Shown here: piece by piece, positions 30,748 through 39,770 of the stretch
Layout of the letters: the number at the start of each line of letters is the position of its first letter
How positions within the stretch are numbered: the first letter of the stretch is position 1
Assembly: GCA_044350705.1 (NCBI GenBank)
Contig: JBILHA010000001.1
Span: 177,809-241,808 of the forward strand
Direction: 5' to 3'
Source of the DNA: Candidatus Kapaibacterium sp.
GTDB taxonomy: Bacteria > Patescibacteriota > Patescibacteriia > UBA9934
Length of the DNA stretch: 64,000 bases
The notes under the pieces: model-generated
What the model was told of the DNA's origin: nothing
The model's database searches: none
What the model saw: only the letters and a program-made list of their open reading frames with translations
Made by a program: the position numbers and the translations under genes

Positions 30748-32256
30748 TTATGCGGTGGCTTTTTTGGGTGCAAAGCCTTTTGGAGGGATGCCTGGAGGAA
30801 GATTGGTGTTCTCGGAAGCAGGTGTTGCGGGTGAACCGTTAGGAGAGGTTGCGAATGTTGAAGGATTTCCTCCGTTTTTCGGAAGAGCGTTTGCGGGGAG
30901 TTGGGTACTGTGGCGCGTATCGAGATTTTTGAAGCTTGCGCGTGCGCCGTCCCAGAAGAGTTTTACGACGCCAGTAGGACCGTTACGGTGTTTGGCGATG
31001 TGTACTTCTGCGGAAGCTTTTTCTTCTGGTGTGAGTTCTTCAATTTGATAGTTACGGTCTGCGGCTTTTCGGTACAAAAACATGACGACGTCAGCGTCTT
31101 GCTCAATAGATCCCGAGTCACGGAGGTGTGAAAGGCGAGGAATTGCTGGTTTTGTCATTTCGACCGCACGAGAAAGCTGTGCAAGGGCGAGGACTGGTAC
31201 GTTTAATTCGCGCGCGATCTGTTTGAGACCACGGCTGATTTCCGCAACTTCTTGCACGCGGTTATCGCTTTTTCGATTGCGACCTTCCATGAGCTGTAAG
31301 TAGTCGACGACGATCATGGAGAGGCCGTGCTCGGTTTGTAAGCGACGTGCTTTGGTACGAATCGCCATGACCGAGGCTGCAGAAGAATCATCAATATAAA
31401 TTGGGGCTTCGGAGAGTTTTCCGAGTGCATCACCAATTTTTGGAAAGTCGTCCTCATGTTCGGAAAGGCGTCCGGTACGCAGTTTCCAGAGATCCACTCC
31501 TGCTTCCGCACAAATTAAACGATCAACGAGCTGTTCTTTTGACATTTCCAAGCTGAAGAAGCCCACGGGGAGTTTTGTGCGGAGAGCGACGTTACGGCAG
31601 AGGTCGAGTGCGAAGGATGTTTTACCGACGGAAGGACGAGCAGCGAGAATAACAAGGTCGGAACGCTGGAGGCCTGCGAGGAGATTATCAAGACCAGTGA
31701 AGCCGGTAGGAACACCGCGCAGTTTTCCTTTGTCGCGATGCAGTTCGTCGATACGATCAAAGGCTTCGTCCAGAATTGATTTGAGGGGAACAAAACTTTG
31801 TTTCAGGAAGTTTCCGGAAACGTTAAAGAGGCGTTGTTCTGCTTGATCAAGGACGAGATCCACGTCTTGCGTTTCGTCGAATCCAAGCTCAGTAATTTCT
31901 CCTGCAGCGTTGATCAGGCGGCGTAATGCTGCTTTTTTAGAAATAATTTCTGCGTAATGCGCGATGTTTGCCGCGGTAGTAACGGAGTTGGAGAGTTCAA
32001 CGAGCATGGTGCGTCCGCCAATTTGTTTGAGGACGCCTTTTTCTTCTAGGCGGTTTCCAAGGGTGAGGAGGTCGATTGGTTGATGGCTGCTATATAAATC
32101 CTGCATCGTTTCAAAGATGATGCGATGTGATTCTTTATAAAAATCTTCCGGACGAACATTGTCGCCGATTTTGAGAAATGCTTCTGGATCAAGCAGAACT
32201 CCGCCAAGAAGGGATTGTTCGGCTTGGATATTGTGTGGGGGAATTCGGCCCTCCAT
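30748..32256 (-). CDS. dnaB: Replicative DNA helicase DnaB
   Basis: N-terminal PPHNIQAEQSLLGGVLLDPEAF, Walker A LAARPSVGKTSFALDL, Walker B IVVDYLQLM. Carries an unusual ~60-aa Pro/Ala/Asn-rich C-terminal tail. Confidence 0.9.
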   Translation of the reverse strand: MEGRIPPHNIQAEQSLLGGVLLDPEAFLKIGDNVRPEDFYKESHRIIFETMQDLYSSHQPIDLLTLGNRLEEKGVLKQIGGRTMLVELSNSVTTAANIAHYAEIISKKAALRRLINAAGEITELGFDETQDVDLVLDQAEQRLFNVSGNFLKQSFVPLKSILDEAFDRIDELHRDKGKLRGVPTGFTGLDNLLAGLQRSDLVILAARPSVGKTSFALDLCRNVALRTKLPVGFFSLEMSKEQLVDRLICAEAGVDLWKLRTGRLSEHEDDFPKIGDALGKLSEAPIYIDDSSAASVMAIRTKARRLQTEHGLSMIVVDYLQLMEGRNRKSDNRVQEVAEISRGLKQIARELNVPVLALAQLSRAVEMTKPAIPRLSHLRDSGSIEQDADVVMFLYRKAADRNYQIEELTPEEKASAEVHIAKHRNGPTGVVKLFWDGARASFKNLDTRHSTQLPANALPKNGGNPSTFATSPNGSPATPASENTNLPPGIPPKGFAPKKATA

Positions 32257-32328
32257 ATGCGAGGATGCTACCTTGCGGCAGGCTTTTTAGGAAGTGGAAA
32301 AAGTGGGGACAAGGTATACTATGCCCAT

Positions 32329-33459
32329 ATGCATGAGCGAATTTCGCTGTGGAGGGGCATGCGTCCACTGATTGGTACGGTTGTTGGGGTAGGTTTTTTT
32401 GGCCTTCCGTACGTTTTTGCACGCGCCGGCTATGGCATTGCTCTTCTTGAGCTTTTTCTTTTAGCGGTCGTTCAAATTGCTTTTTTGCGCATGTACGCAG
32501 ATCTCACTTTGGCAAAAAAGGGACATGCACGGTTCTTGCATATTGTTGCGGATGCGTTTGGTCCGGTGGGAAAGGGCGTGGCTATCATGAGTTTTTTTGG
32601 ATCTTTTTGGGGGGCGCTGGTAGCCTATCTTCTCGCGGGAGGGGAGTTCCTTTCATATCTTTTGAAAGTTTGGATTCCAACCATTTCACCTCATGTGCTG
32701 AGTATCGGGTATGGAGCAGTGCTTTTTCTCGCGCTTTTTGGTGGCATGTTTGTGACAAGTCATGTACAAAAGTATCTCGTACCTTTTTTCTTTTGTATTA
32801 TTGCGTTTCTTGTCGCGTTTGCGCTTCCTTCGGTTCGTGTTGAGTACCTTGCTTCTCTCCAATTCGATTCCTGGGTCCTTCCTCTGGGCGTCATTCTCTT
32901 TTCTCTGAGTGCCATTACGGCCATTCCTGAAATGCGGGATGTTCTTCGGGGTAATGCCAAGCGACTTCATCAAGCAATTTTTTGGGGCATTCTTACGGTT
33001 GCAACGGTATACGCAATTTTTACTGCAACGGTAGTGGGGATTACGGGCCTTGGGACTCCCGAACAGGCGATTTCCGCATTTGCACATGTGGCACCATGGA
33101 TGGTTTTAGTAGGGTCTCTGCTGGGACTGACAACCATTACCAGCGCATATATCAATGTAGGTTCCGCACTTATCAATACGTTGCTTTACGATTTTCGTGC
33201 TCGTTTCGTGCCCTCATGGTTGTTTGTCGGAGGTGTGCCTTTCGTTGTTGTGCTTTTGGGAGTTGAAAACATGATTCATGTACTGCAATTTACCGGGGGT
33301 GTTTTGGGAGCTCTTTTGGGAATCATTGTTCTTCTCGCATATGAAAAAGCGCGCAGATCGCGTGAACTTTCTGCGCACTCCCATGTTGCTTCTCCCTTTT
33401 TAGTTTTTGGAGTTTTTACGGTGTTTTTTGTCATGCTCGTCATGACTTTGCGTTCTTAA
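32329..33459 (+). CDS. Amino acid permease-like polytopic membrane transporter (Trp/Tyr/Ser permease-like)
   Basis: ~11 predicted TM helices. N-terminal LIGTVVGVGFFGLPYVFARAGYGIALLELFLLAVVQ resembles the aromatic/hydroxy amino acid permease family. Start set at ATG 32329 to avoid overlap with dnaB. Confidence 0.5.
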   Translation: MHERISLWRGMRPLIGTVVGVGFFGLPYVFARAGYGIALLELFLLAVVQIAFLRMYADLTLAKKGHARFLHIVADAFGPVGKGVAIMSFFGSFWGALVAYLLAGGEFLSYLLKVWIPTISPHVLSIGYGAVLFLALFGGMFVTSHVQKYLVPFFFCIIAFLVAFALPSVRVEYLASLQFDSWVLPLGVILFSLSAITAIPEMRDVLRGNAKRLHQAIFWGILTVATVYAIFTATVVGITGLGTPEQAISAFAHVAPWMVLVGSLLGLTTITSAYINVGSALINTLLYDFRARFVPSWLFVGGVPFVVVLLGVENMIHVLQFTGGVLGALLGIIVLLAYEKARRSRELSAHSHVASPFLVFGVFTVFFVMLVMTLRS

Positions 33460-34304
33460 ACATCCTTTGCTCGTTCCTGAACATCTTTTGCTTTTATGAC
33501 GTTCATCAGAAGGTAGGCGACCGTGAGCGGGCCTACTCCTCCTGGAACTTTACTGAGAAATCCTGCATGTCCTTCGAGTTCTAGCGAAGCATCTCCTCGT
33601 ACCTTTCCGTCTTCGCCTTTATTTGTTCCTACATCAATGACAATTGCAGAGTTCTTTACCATGTCTTTGGTGAGGACCCTTGCTTCTCCTACGGCAACTA
33701 CGATGATATCTGCTACGCGACAGATGTCTTTGTAGCCGGGAGTTTCACGCGATACCCATTCTGCGGCGACATGATTTTCTTTTAAGAGCTCGATGATAGG
33801 CTCTGCGAAAATCAGACTATTTCCTAAAATGACTGCCGTTCGGCCGTGGAGTGGCTGACGTGTTGCTTGAATAAGGCGCATGATTGCAAGGGCGACGGGA
33901 GGAACGAGCAGCGGTTCATCCGCAAGAAGTGCTTTTCTGTTTTCTGGGTGAAATCCATCCACATCTTTTGTGGGATGGATCTCTTCGATGATTTCATCGG
34001 TGTTGAGATGGGGGGGGAGGGGGAGCTGTACGAGGATCCCATTGATATCTGTTCGTTTATTCAGTTCTCGGATTTTCTCTAATACCACCTCTGCTTTTGT
34101 GTCTTCGGGAAAAAGGTGTTTTTCAACATAAATACCTACTTCTTGCCCGGCTTTTTCCTTGAGGGAAACGTAAAGATGGGAGGCGGGATTTTCGCCTACG
34201 AGAATGACGCCAAGTCCTGGAGGTTGGCGAAGATCGGCGACGCGTTGCGCTACCTTTTCTTGGATTGTTCTCGCGAGAACGGTTCCATTGAGTATTTCTG
34301 TCAT
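33456..34304 (-). CDS. folD: Bifunctional methylene-THF dehydrogenase/methenyl-THF cyclohydrolase
   Basis: ILNGTVLARTIQEKVAQRVADL...GLGVILVGENPASHLYVSLKEKA, NAD(P) motif TAVILGNSLIFAEPI, PGGVGPLTVAYLLMN. Confidence 0.85.
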   Translation of the reverse strand: MTEILNGTVLARTIQEKVAQRVADLRQPPGLGVILVGENPASHLYVSLKEKAGQEVGIYVEKHLFPEDTKAEVVLEKIRELNKRTDINGILVQLPLPPHLNTDEIIEEIHPTKDVDGFHPENRKALLADEPLLVPPVALAIMRLIQATRQPLHGRTAVILGNSLIFAEPIIELLKENHVAAEWVSRETPGYKDICRVADIIVVAVGEARVLTKDMVKNSAIVIDVGTNKGEDGKVRGDASLELEGHAGFLSKVPGGVGPLTVAYLLMNVIKAKDVQERAKDV

Positions 34305-34383
34305 ACAATGACAAAAAGTATGCAAAACTTTGCGAAAAAAAGCAAAACAGCCCGTTGGGCTGCTTATGCTTTTTTAGTATAGA

Positions 34384-35688
34384 CTAGCTTTCCCATTCCT
34401 TCGCAAAAAGTGGACGTTCTTGCATGAATGCATGGATTTCAGATTTTATCGTTGCAAGTTTTTGCTCATCGCCTTTACTGAGAAGCGCAGCATCCATCCA
34501 CTCGACTACACGCTCCATGTCTTCAGGTTGCAAACCACGCGTGGTAATTGCCGGAGAGCCCATGCGTAGACCGCTTGGGCGGAAGGGGGGGAGAGGATCA
34601 TTGGCAATGCTGTTGCAGTTTGCGGTGATGCTGATGGAATCGAGGATGTTTTGCGCTTCACGGCCGTCAATGTTGCGGCTCTTCATCATGTCGATTTGGA
34701 GAAGATGATTATCGGTGCCGTTGGTGATGAGTTTGTAACCTCGTTTCATGAGCGCTTCAGAAAGTGCTTTTGCATTCGCGATGACGCGTTCGCCGTACGC
34801 TTTGAAATTCGGTTGTAGCGCTTCTTTGAATGCGACGGCCTTTGCCGCGATGTTATTCATGTGCGGACCTCCTTGGAAACCGGGGAATACCTGGCGGTCA
34901 ATAAGTGTAGGAATGTTTTCAATGTTTTTTTCTGGAGCCTTCAGGGGATTGCTTACGGTTCCTTTGCTGAGAATCATGCCACCACGGGGACCGCGCAGGG
35001 TTTTGTGCGTTGTCGTGGTGAGGACGTGAAAGCCGTCATCAAATGGGTTGGGAAGGACTTTTCCTGCGATCAGACCTGCGATGTGTGCGACGTCGGCCAT
35101 GAGGAGCGCGCCTACTTCGTTTGCAATGTCGGCAAATTTTCCGTAATCCAAGCTGCGGGGATACCCGCTAAATCCTGCGAGAATAATTTTTGGTCGCTCT
35201 TTGAGCGCGACTTCGCGCATTTCGTCAAAGTCGATTTCTCCCGTCTCTACATCTTTCATGCCATAGCGTACAAAGTTATAGAGTTTTGCACTGCCGGTTA
35301 CCGGATGGCCGTGCGTGAGGTGTCCGCCGTGATCGAGTTTCATCGCAAGAACAGTGTCTCCTGGTTCAAGCCATGCTTGGTAGACGGCAATGTTTGCGGG
35401 TGCTCCTGAATGCGGCTGAACATTTGCGTGATCTGCGCCAAAGAGTTGCTTCGCGCGATCGATGGCAAGCTGTTCGATAACGTCGACGTTTTGACATCCG
35501 CCGTAATAGCGTTTGCCAGGGTATCCCTCCGCGTACTTGTTGGTTGCGATGGAGCCAAGCGCTTCGAGAACCGCAGGGGAAACGAAGTTTTCTGAAGGAA
35601 TCATTTCGAGGCCTTCGCGTTGGCGTTGCTCTTCGGAAATGAGGGCGTTGGCAATGTCGGAGTCAGTGTGGGAGAGAGAGGGGAACAT
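34384..35688 (-). CDS. glyA: Serine hydroxymethyltransferase
   Basis: PLP site TTTTHKTLRGPRGGMI. GYPGKRYYGGCQNVD, LDHGGHLTHGHPVTGSAK. Confidence 0.95.
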   Translation of the reverse strand: MFPSLSHTDSDIANALISEEQRQREGLEMIPSENFVSPAVLEALGSIATNKYAEGYPGKRYYGGCQNVDVIEQLAIDRAKQLFGADHANVQPHSGAPANIAVYQAWLEPGDTVLAMKLDHGGHLTHGHPVTGSAKLYNFVRYGMKDVETGEIDFDEMREVALKERPKIILAGFSGYPRSLDYGKFADIANEVGALLMADVAHIAGLIAGKVLPNPFDDGFHVLTTTTHKTLRGPRGGMILSKGTVSNPLKAPEKNIENIPTLIDRQVFPGFQGGPHMNNIAAKAVAFKEALQPNFKAYGERVIANAKALSEALMKRGYKLITNGTDNHLLQIDMMKSRNIDGREAQNILDSISITANCNSIANDPLPPFRPSGLRMGSPAITTRGLQPEDMERVVEWMDAALLSKGDEQKLATIKSEIHAFMQERPLFAKEWES

Positions 35689-35694
35689 AGAGAA

Positions 35695-35770
35695 AAGGGG
35701 AGTTAGGGGAGTGAAGGGAGTAATCCGGCGAGTAGCCGGACGGGAGGGAGTGAGGGGAGTAAGGGGGGGG
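35695..35770. repeat. G-rich dispersed repeat copy B (GGGGAGTRR units + hairpin core)
   Basis: aaaaggggagttaggggagtgaagggagtaatccggcgagtagccggacgggagggagtgaggggagtaagggggggg, starting 7 nt upstream of the glyA start codon (C-rich on glyA mRNA strand). Confidence 0.5.
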
Positions 35771-35913
35771 TGTTTGTTGAATTTATCGTTAACCGTTAAC
35801 CCTCAACTGTCAACAATATTCTCTATTCCATACTCGGCGCATCATAGGAGAAGCGTTTCTCTTTGTGGAGGGAGTTATCCAGGAAGGGAAAATGAGGTAT
35901 TCTCTAGGGGACT

Positions 35914-36888
35914 ATGGAATCCTTTGTACAGGCCATGCAGGACCGTTTTGGTTCTTTATTTAAGGAACAGGAGCCTTTGGGGAGACATTTGAATATTCGT
36001 ATTGGCGGTCCTGCGCGTTTTTTTGTTGAGACTAAAACCGAGGATGAGGTAAAAGATGCGGTTCGTTTTGCTCGTCAGCATGATGTGGAGTACTTCGTTC
36101 TCGGAGGAGGATCGAATACGCTTGCGAACGATGAAGGGTGGAATGGCTTGGTCATTAAAATGACGAATCGCGCGCTTTTTATTGAGGGTACGAAGGTGGT
36201 CGCGGATGCGGGAGTGATCTCTGCGCTTGTTGCCCGCAAAGCGGCCGAACGGGGCTTGCAAGGTTTTGGGTGGGCTATTTCATTGCCAGGAACCATGGGT
36301 GGAGCGGTGCGCGGGAATGCGGGATGTTTTGGAGGAGAAATGAAAGATACCGTAACTTCAGTAAAAGTGATTCGTCATGATGAGGTTGTAGAGATGGCTG
36401 CTCATGACCTTCGTTTTGGGTATCGGCATAGCATTTTTAAAGAACCTTCTCATGTGGGTGACGTTATTTTTTCCGTCACTATGGAGTTGCGGCAGGGAAT
36501 TTCTGAGGAGGAAATGGCGTTGCTTGAGAAGTATCTTGCATCACGAAAGGCCTCTCAGCCTTTGGGATCTTCTTCTGCGGGATGTATGTTTAAGAATTTT
36601 GAGTTTACAGATGAGACGGAGATAGGGCGGATGAAGACGGATGCGGACATTCCTGAGCATATGCTTGCGAATCACCGGATTGCTGCGGGATGGATCATTG
36701 AACAGTTGGGACTGAAAGGCTTGCAGGTGGGGGATGCTCAGGTTTCTGATGTGCATGGGAATTTTCTTTTGAATAAAGGACATGCGACTGCAAAAGATAT
36801 TGCGATGCTCATTAGTCGCATTAAAATGGAAGCACGTGATAAATACGGTATAGAGTTACATGAAGAAGTGCAGTTTTTAGGTTTATAA
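35914..36888 (+). CDS. murB: UDP-N-acetylenolpyruvoylglucosamine reductase
   Basis: FAD-binding region NIRIGGPARFFVETKTEDEVKDAVRFARQHDVEYFVLGGGSNTL. C-terminal substrate domain. Confidence 0.85.
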   Translation: MESFVQAMQDRFGSLFKEQEPLGRHLNIRIGGPARFFVETKTEDEVKDAVRFARQHDVEYFVLGGGSNTLANDEGWNGLVIKMTNRALFIEGTKVVADAGVISALVARKAAERGLQGFGWAISLPGTMGGAVRGNAGCFGGEMKDTVTSVKVIRHDEVVEMAAHDLRFGYRHSIFKEPSHVGDVIFSVTMELRQGISEEEMALLEKYLASRKASQPLGSSSAGCMFKNFEFTDETEIGRMKTDADIPEHMLANHRIAAGWIIEQLGLKGLQVGDAQVSDVHGNFLLNKGHATAKDIAMLISRIKMEARDKYGIELHEEVQFLGL

Positions 36889-36890
36889 GT

Positions 36891-37928
36891 ATGTTTCGCG
36901 AACGCGCTTTTCCTCCTCAGGAAGTTTCTCGTCTTGATCAGATGCTTGCAGACTTTCCTGATCACCCGATTCTTTCTCGATATCGTGTTCAGGAAGTGGG
37001 GCGAGGTGGTTATCGCGTGGTCTTTTCACTGGAAAAGCACCCGGGTCTCGTTGCTAAAGTTGATCCCCGTCAGCTGAAAAAGGGCGTAGATGTTTTTTCT
37101 CATCAAGAAGATTCTCCTGGGCAGCGTGAAGAATTTGTTGGACATTTGAAAGAGCAGGTTACGCGGGATCGTCGTCGTTTGCATCATTTACGTGCATATT
37201 TCGGTGACTGGATTCCAAGAGAGCGTATTGTTTTGCGCGATCTTTCTGTCACTGAAGATCTCGTACATTTTCTTGAACATCCTCATGATGAGCATCGTGA
37301 AATTACTCATGATGCTTCATGTATCGATGTTCCCGCCGTTGTGCATTTACAAGAGCGAGTTTCTTTTGAGAATTCTTGCGATATCGGATTCGTTTTGCAT
37401 GAGAATGATTCCTCCTGTTCAGATGAGCGTTATGTGCGTCTGCACCGGGTTTTGTCTGAGCCTCATTTGGGAGCTGATTATCTTGGCAGTTTTTTTGCCG
37501 GTCAGGAATTGCTCCGCGTGATTCGTGATCATGCGCGTGCACGTGATTTGTTGCGTACGTTTATTACACGAGTAAGTACATATACTCATGAGGTGGGGGA
37601 AATGATTGATTTTGCCGGGCGGCACAATTGCTTTTTGTATTTGAAGCATGGTAAATCGTGGGATATTTCTTTGCCTGACGCGCTCACGCCCCGTGAGTAT
37701 GAGTGGAGTTTTGCAAACGATAGTTTGACGCATCTTTTGTCGGATGGTGCGTGTACTAAACGAGAAGCTCAGGCGCTTATGCATGCCTTGAGCTATACGC
37801 GTTTTCTTGCAGCATGTGCGGATGCTATTGATCTCCGATCGATTGAACTCCCTCGACTCAAAGATGTTGATCGTATACCGCTTCTTGATTTGCGACGCAT
37901 GCTTCTCGCGTCAATAAACGGTGTATAG
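36891..37928 (+). CDS. Hypothetical protein with protein-kinase-like N-terminal Gly-loop
   Basis: YRVQEVGRGGYRVVFSL...GLVAKV resembles a kinase Gly-rich loop plus VAxK. No clear HRD/DFG seen. Tightly coupled (2-nt gap) to murB. Confidence 0.35.
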   Translation: MFRERAFPPQEVSRLDQMLADFPDHPILSRYRVQEVGRGGYRVVFSLEKHPGLVAKVDPRQLKKGVDVFSHQEDSPGQREEFVGHLKEQVTRDRRRLHHLRAYFGDWIPRERIVLRDLSVTEDLVHFLEHPHDEHREITHDASCIDVPAVVHLQERVSFENSCDIGFVLHENDSSCSDERYVRLHRVLSEPHLGADYLGSFFAGQELLRVIRDHARARDLLRTFITRVSTYTHEVGEMIDFAGRHNCFLYLKHGKSWDISLPDALTPREYEWSFANDSLTHLLSDGACTKREAQALMHALSYTRFLAACADAIDLRSIELPRLKDVDRIPLLDLRRMLLASINGV

Positions 37929-37988
37929 CGTTCTTGTTTTTTTCAATGCTCGTGTTACAACGGAGATGAAGATTCTTTCTTCATTTTT

Positions 37989-38291
37989 ATGCGCATTATT
38001 GATATTCGTGGTCTCAATATTGAGCTCACCGATGCTCTCCATGCGTTCGTGCATGAGAAGCTTCGTGCTCTTGAAAAATTGTGTGAGAGCTATTCTCCCT
38101 GTGATGTTTCTGTTGAAGTAGGAAAGATAACACCTGCTCAGCATAAGGGAAATATTTGGCGTGCTGAGTTGCGCATGACGATTCCGGGAAATTCTTTTCA
38201 CATTGAGCGTGTTACTGACGATCTTTATGCTGCTGTTGATTTAGCAAAAGATGCATTAAAGCAACAAATTGTCGATTATAAAAGAAAATAA
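37989..38291 (+). CDS. hpf: Ribosome hibernation promoting factor (RaiA/YfiA/HPF short form)
   Basis: 100 aa. MRIIDIRGLNIELTDALHAFVHEKLRALEKL...VEVGKITPAQHKGNIWRAELRMTIPGNSFHIERVTDDLYAAVDLAKDAL. Confidence 0.85.
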   Translation: MRIIDIRGLNIELTDALHAFVHEKLRALEKLCESYSPCDVSVEVGKITPAQHKGNIWRAELRMTIPGNSFHIERVTDDLYAAVDLAKDALKQQIVDYKRK

Positions 38292-38293
38292 TT

Positions 38294-38329
38294 GGGCGCC
38301 CAGGATATTGGGCGCCTTTCTTTTTTTTT
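38294..38329 (+). terminator. Rho-independent terminator after hpf
   Basis: gggcgcccaggatattgggcgcc hairpin (8-bp GC-rich stem) followed by a T-rich tract tttctttttttttt. Confidence 0.6.
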
Positions 38330-38355
38330 GCCCTTGTCGTACGCTCATTTCATCT

Positions 38356-39756
38356 ATGGCATTTCTTCCTTCGTTTTCTCATGTGCATTGTGTAGGTATT
38401 GGTGGTATTGGCGTTTCGGGGGTTGCGCGCTTTTGCAAGGCGCATGGGAAGGGAGTGAGCGGTTCTGATCTTTCCGGGAGTGAGCTTACGGATGCTTTGG
38501 TTCGAGAGCATATTGAAGTGCATCTTGGTCCTTCTGATGCCTCGTGGATTCCGGTCGGATGTGATCTTTTGGTTTACTCTGAGGCGGTTCCTGAAGATGC
38601 TCCTGAACGCGTAGAGGCTCAAAAGCGCGGAATTCGTCAGCTTGGGCATTTTGGTTTTATCGGGGAATTGTCAAAAGATTTCCGTACCATTTGTATTTCT
38701 GGCACCAATGGCAAGTCAACAACGACGGCTATGGTAGGAAGGATTTTTGAAGCTGCGGGAATGGATCCCACGGTATTTGTCGGATCTCTTTTGCCTGATT
38801 GGTCACTTGGAAACGTGCGCGTAGGCGAGAGCGATATTTTGATTGTAGAGGGAGATGAATATAAGAAAAAAATGCTTGCGCTTCATCCGGAAGTAACTTT
38901 GATTACGAATATTGAAGCTGATCATTTGGATGTTTATAAAGACCTTCAAGATATCGAAGAATCGTTTCATAAACTTTGTGAGCAGACGACGCGTTTAGTA
39001 TTTTTGAATCCACACGATCGTGATCGTGGAATTGTTTGCGGCCATGAGCAGGCAGAGGCGCGGCTTTTTGGAGAGGCACTTCACCAGGGACGGCGAAAAA
39101 CTCAAGCAGGATCGCAGTCGCTAGCAATGGAGGCTCGTATTCTTCCCCTTTTGCCGTTTAAGAAGAAGGTAGGAGAGCTGATCCTTCAGATTCCTGGGGA
39201 GTTTAATATGATGAACGCGCTTGGTGCGGTTGCTCTTGGTGAAGCGTTTGGGATTGATTTTGAGATCATGCGAAAGACCCTCGAAGATTTTACCGGTATT
39301 TGGCGACGGTTTGAGCGTGTTGGCGAATTTCAAGGTGCTCCTGTTGTTTCTGACTATGCGCATCATCCCACGGCAATTAAAGGAACGCTCAAGGCTGCGA
39401 AAGAATTTTTTCCCGGCAAGCGAATCGTTGCGCTTTTTGAACCGCATCAACATAGTCGCACAAAAGAACTCTTTGATGATTTTGTAACTTCTTTTGATGA
39501 TGCTGACGTACTCATTCTCTCTGAGGTGTATGGCGTTGCGGGGCGTACAGATGAAAAAGATCAGGTGTCGAGTGAGGATTTATTAGTGGCGGTTGAAAAG
39601 CATCAAGAAGTAAAAGGAGTACAGACTGATCGGTATTTTGTCTCCGATCTCAAGGATGCTGAAGAAAAAATACGTGAGCTTGCTCAAGAACAGGATGTTA
39701 TTTTAGTTATGGGTGCGGGGAATGTTGATAAAGTGGCGAGAAACTTAGTTTCTTAG
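38356..39756 (+). CDS. murC: UDP-N-acetylmuramate--L-alanine ligase
   Basis: HCVGIGGIGVSGVARF, Mur ligase P-loop ISGTNGKSTTTAMVGRIF. ATG 38356 lies downstream of the hpf terminator (ORF track TTG 38269 overlaps it). Confidence 0.85.
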   Translation: MAFLPSFSHVHCVGIGGIGVSGVARFCKAHGKGVSGSDLSGSELTDALVREHIEVHLGPSDASWIPVGCDLLVYSEAVPEDAPERVEAQKRGIRQLGHFGFIGELSKDFRTICISGTNGKSTTTAMVGRIFEAAGMDPTVFVGSLLPDWSLGNVRVGESDILIVEGDEYKKKMLALHPEVTLITNIEADHLDVYKDLQDIEESFHKLCEQTTRLVFLNPHDRDRGIVCGHEQAEARLFGEALHQGRRKTQAGSQSLAMEARILPLLPFKKKVGELILQIPGEFNMMNALGAVALGEAFGIDFEIMRKTLEDFTGIWRRFERVGEFQGAPVVSDYAHHPTAIKGTLKAAKEFFPGKRIVALFEPHQHSRTKELFDDFVTSFDDADVLILSEVYGVAGRTDEKDQVSSEDLLVAVEKHQEVKGVQTDRYFVSDLKDAEEKIRELAQEQDVILVMGAGNVDKVARNLVS

Positions 39757-39770
39757 AAAGAAAAATAGAT

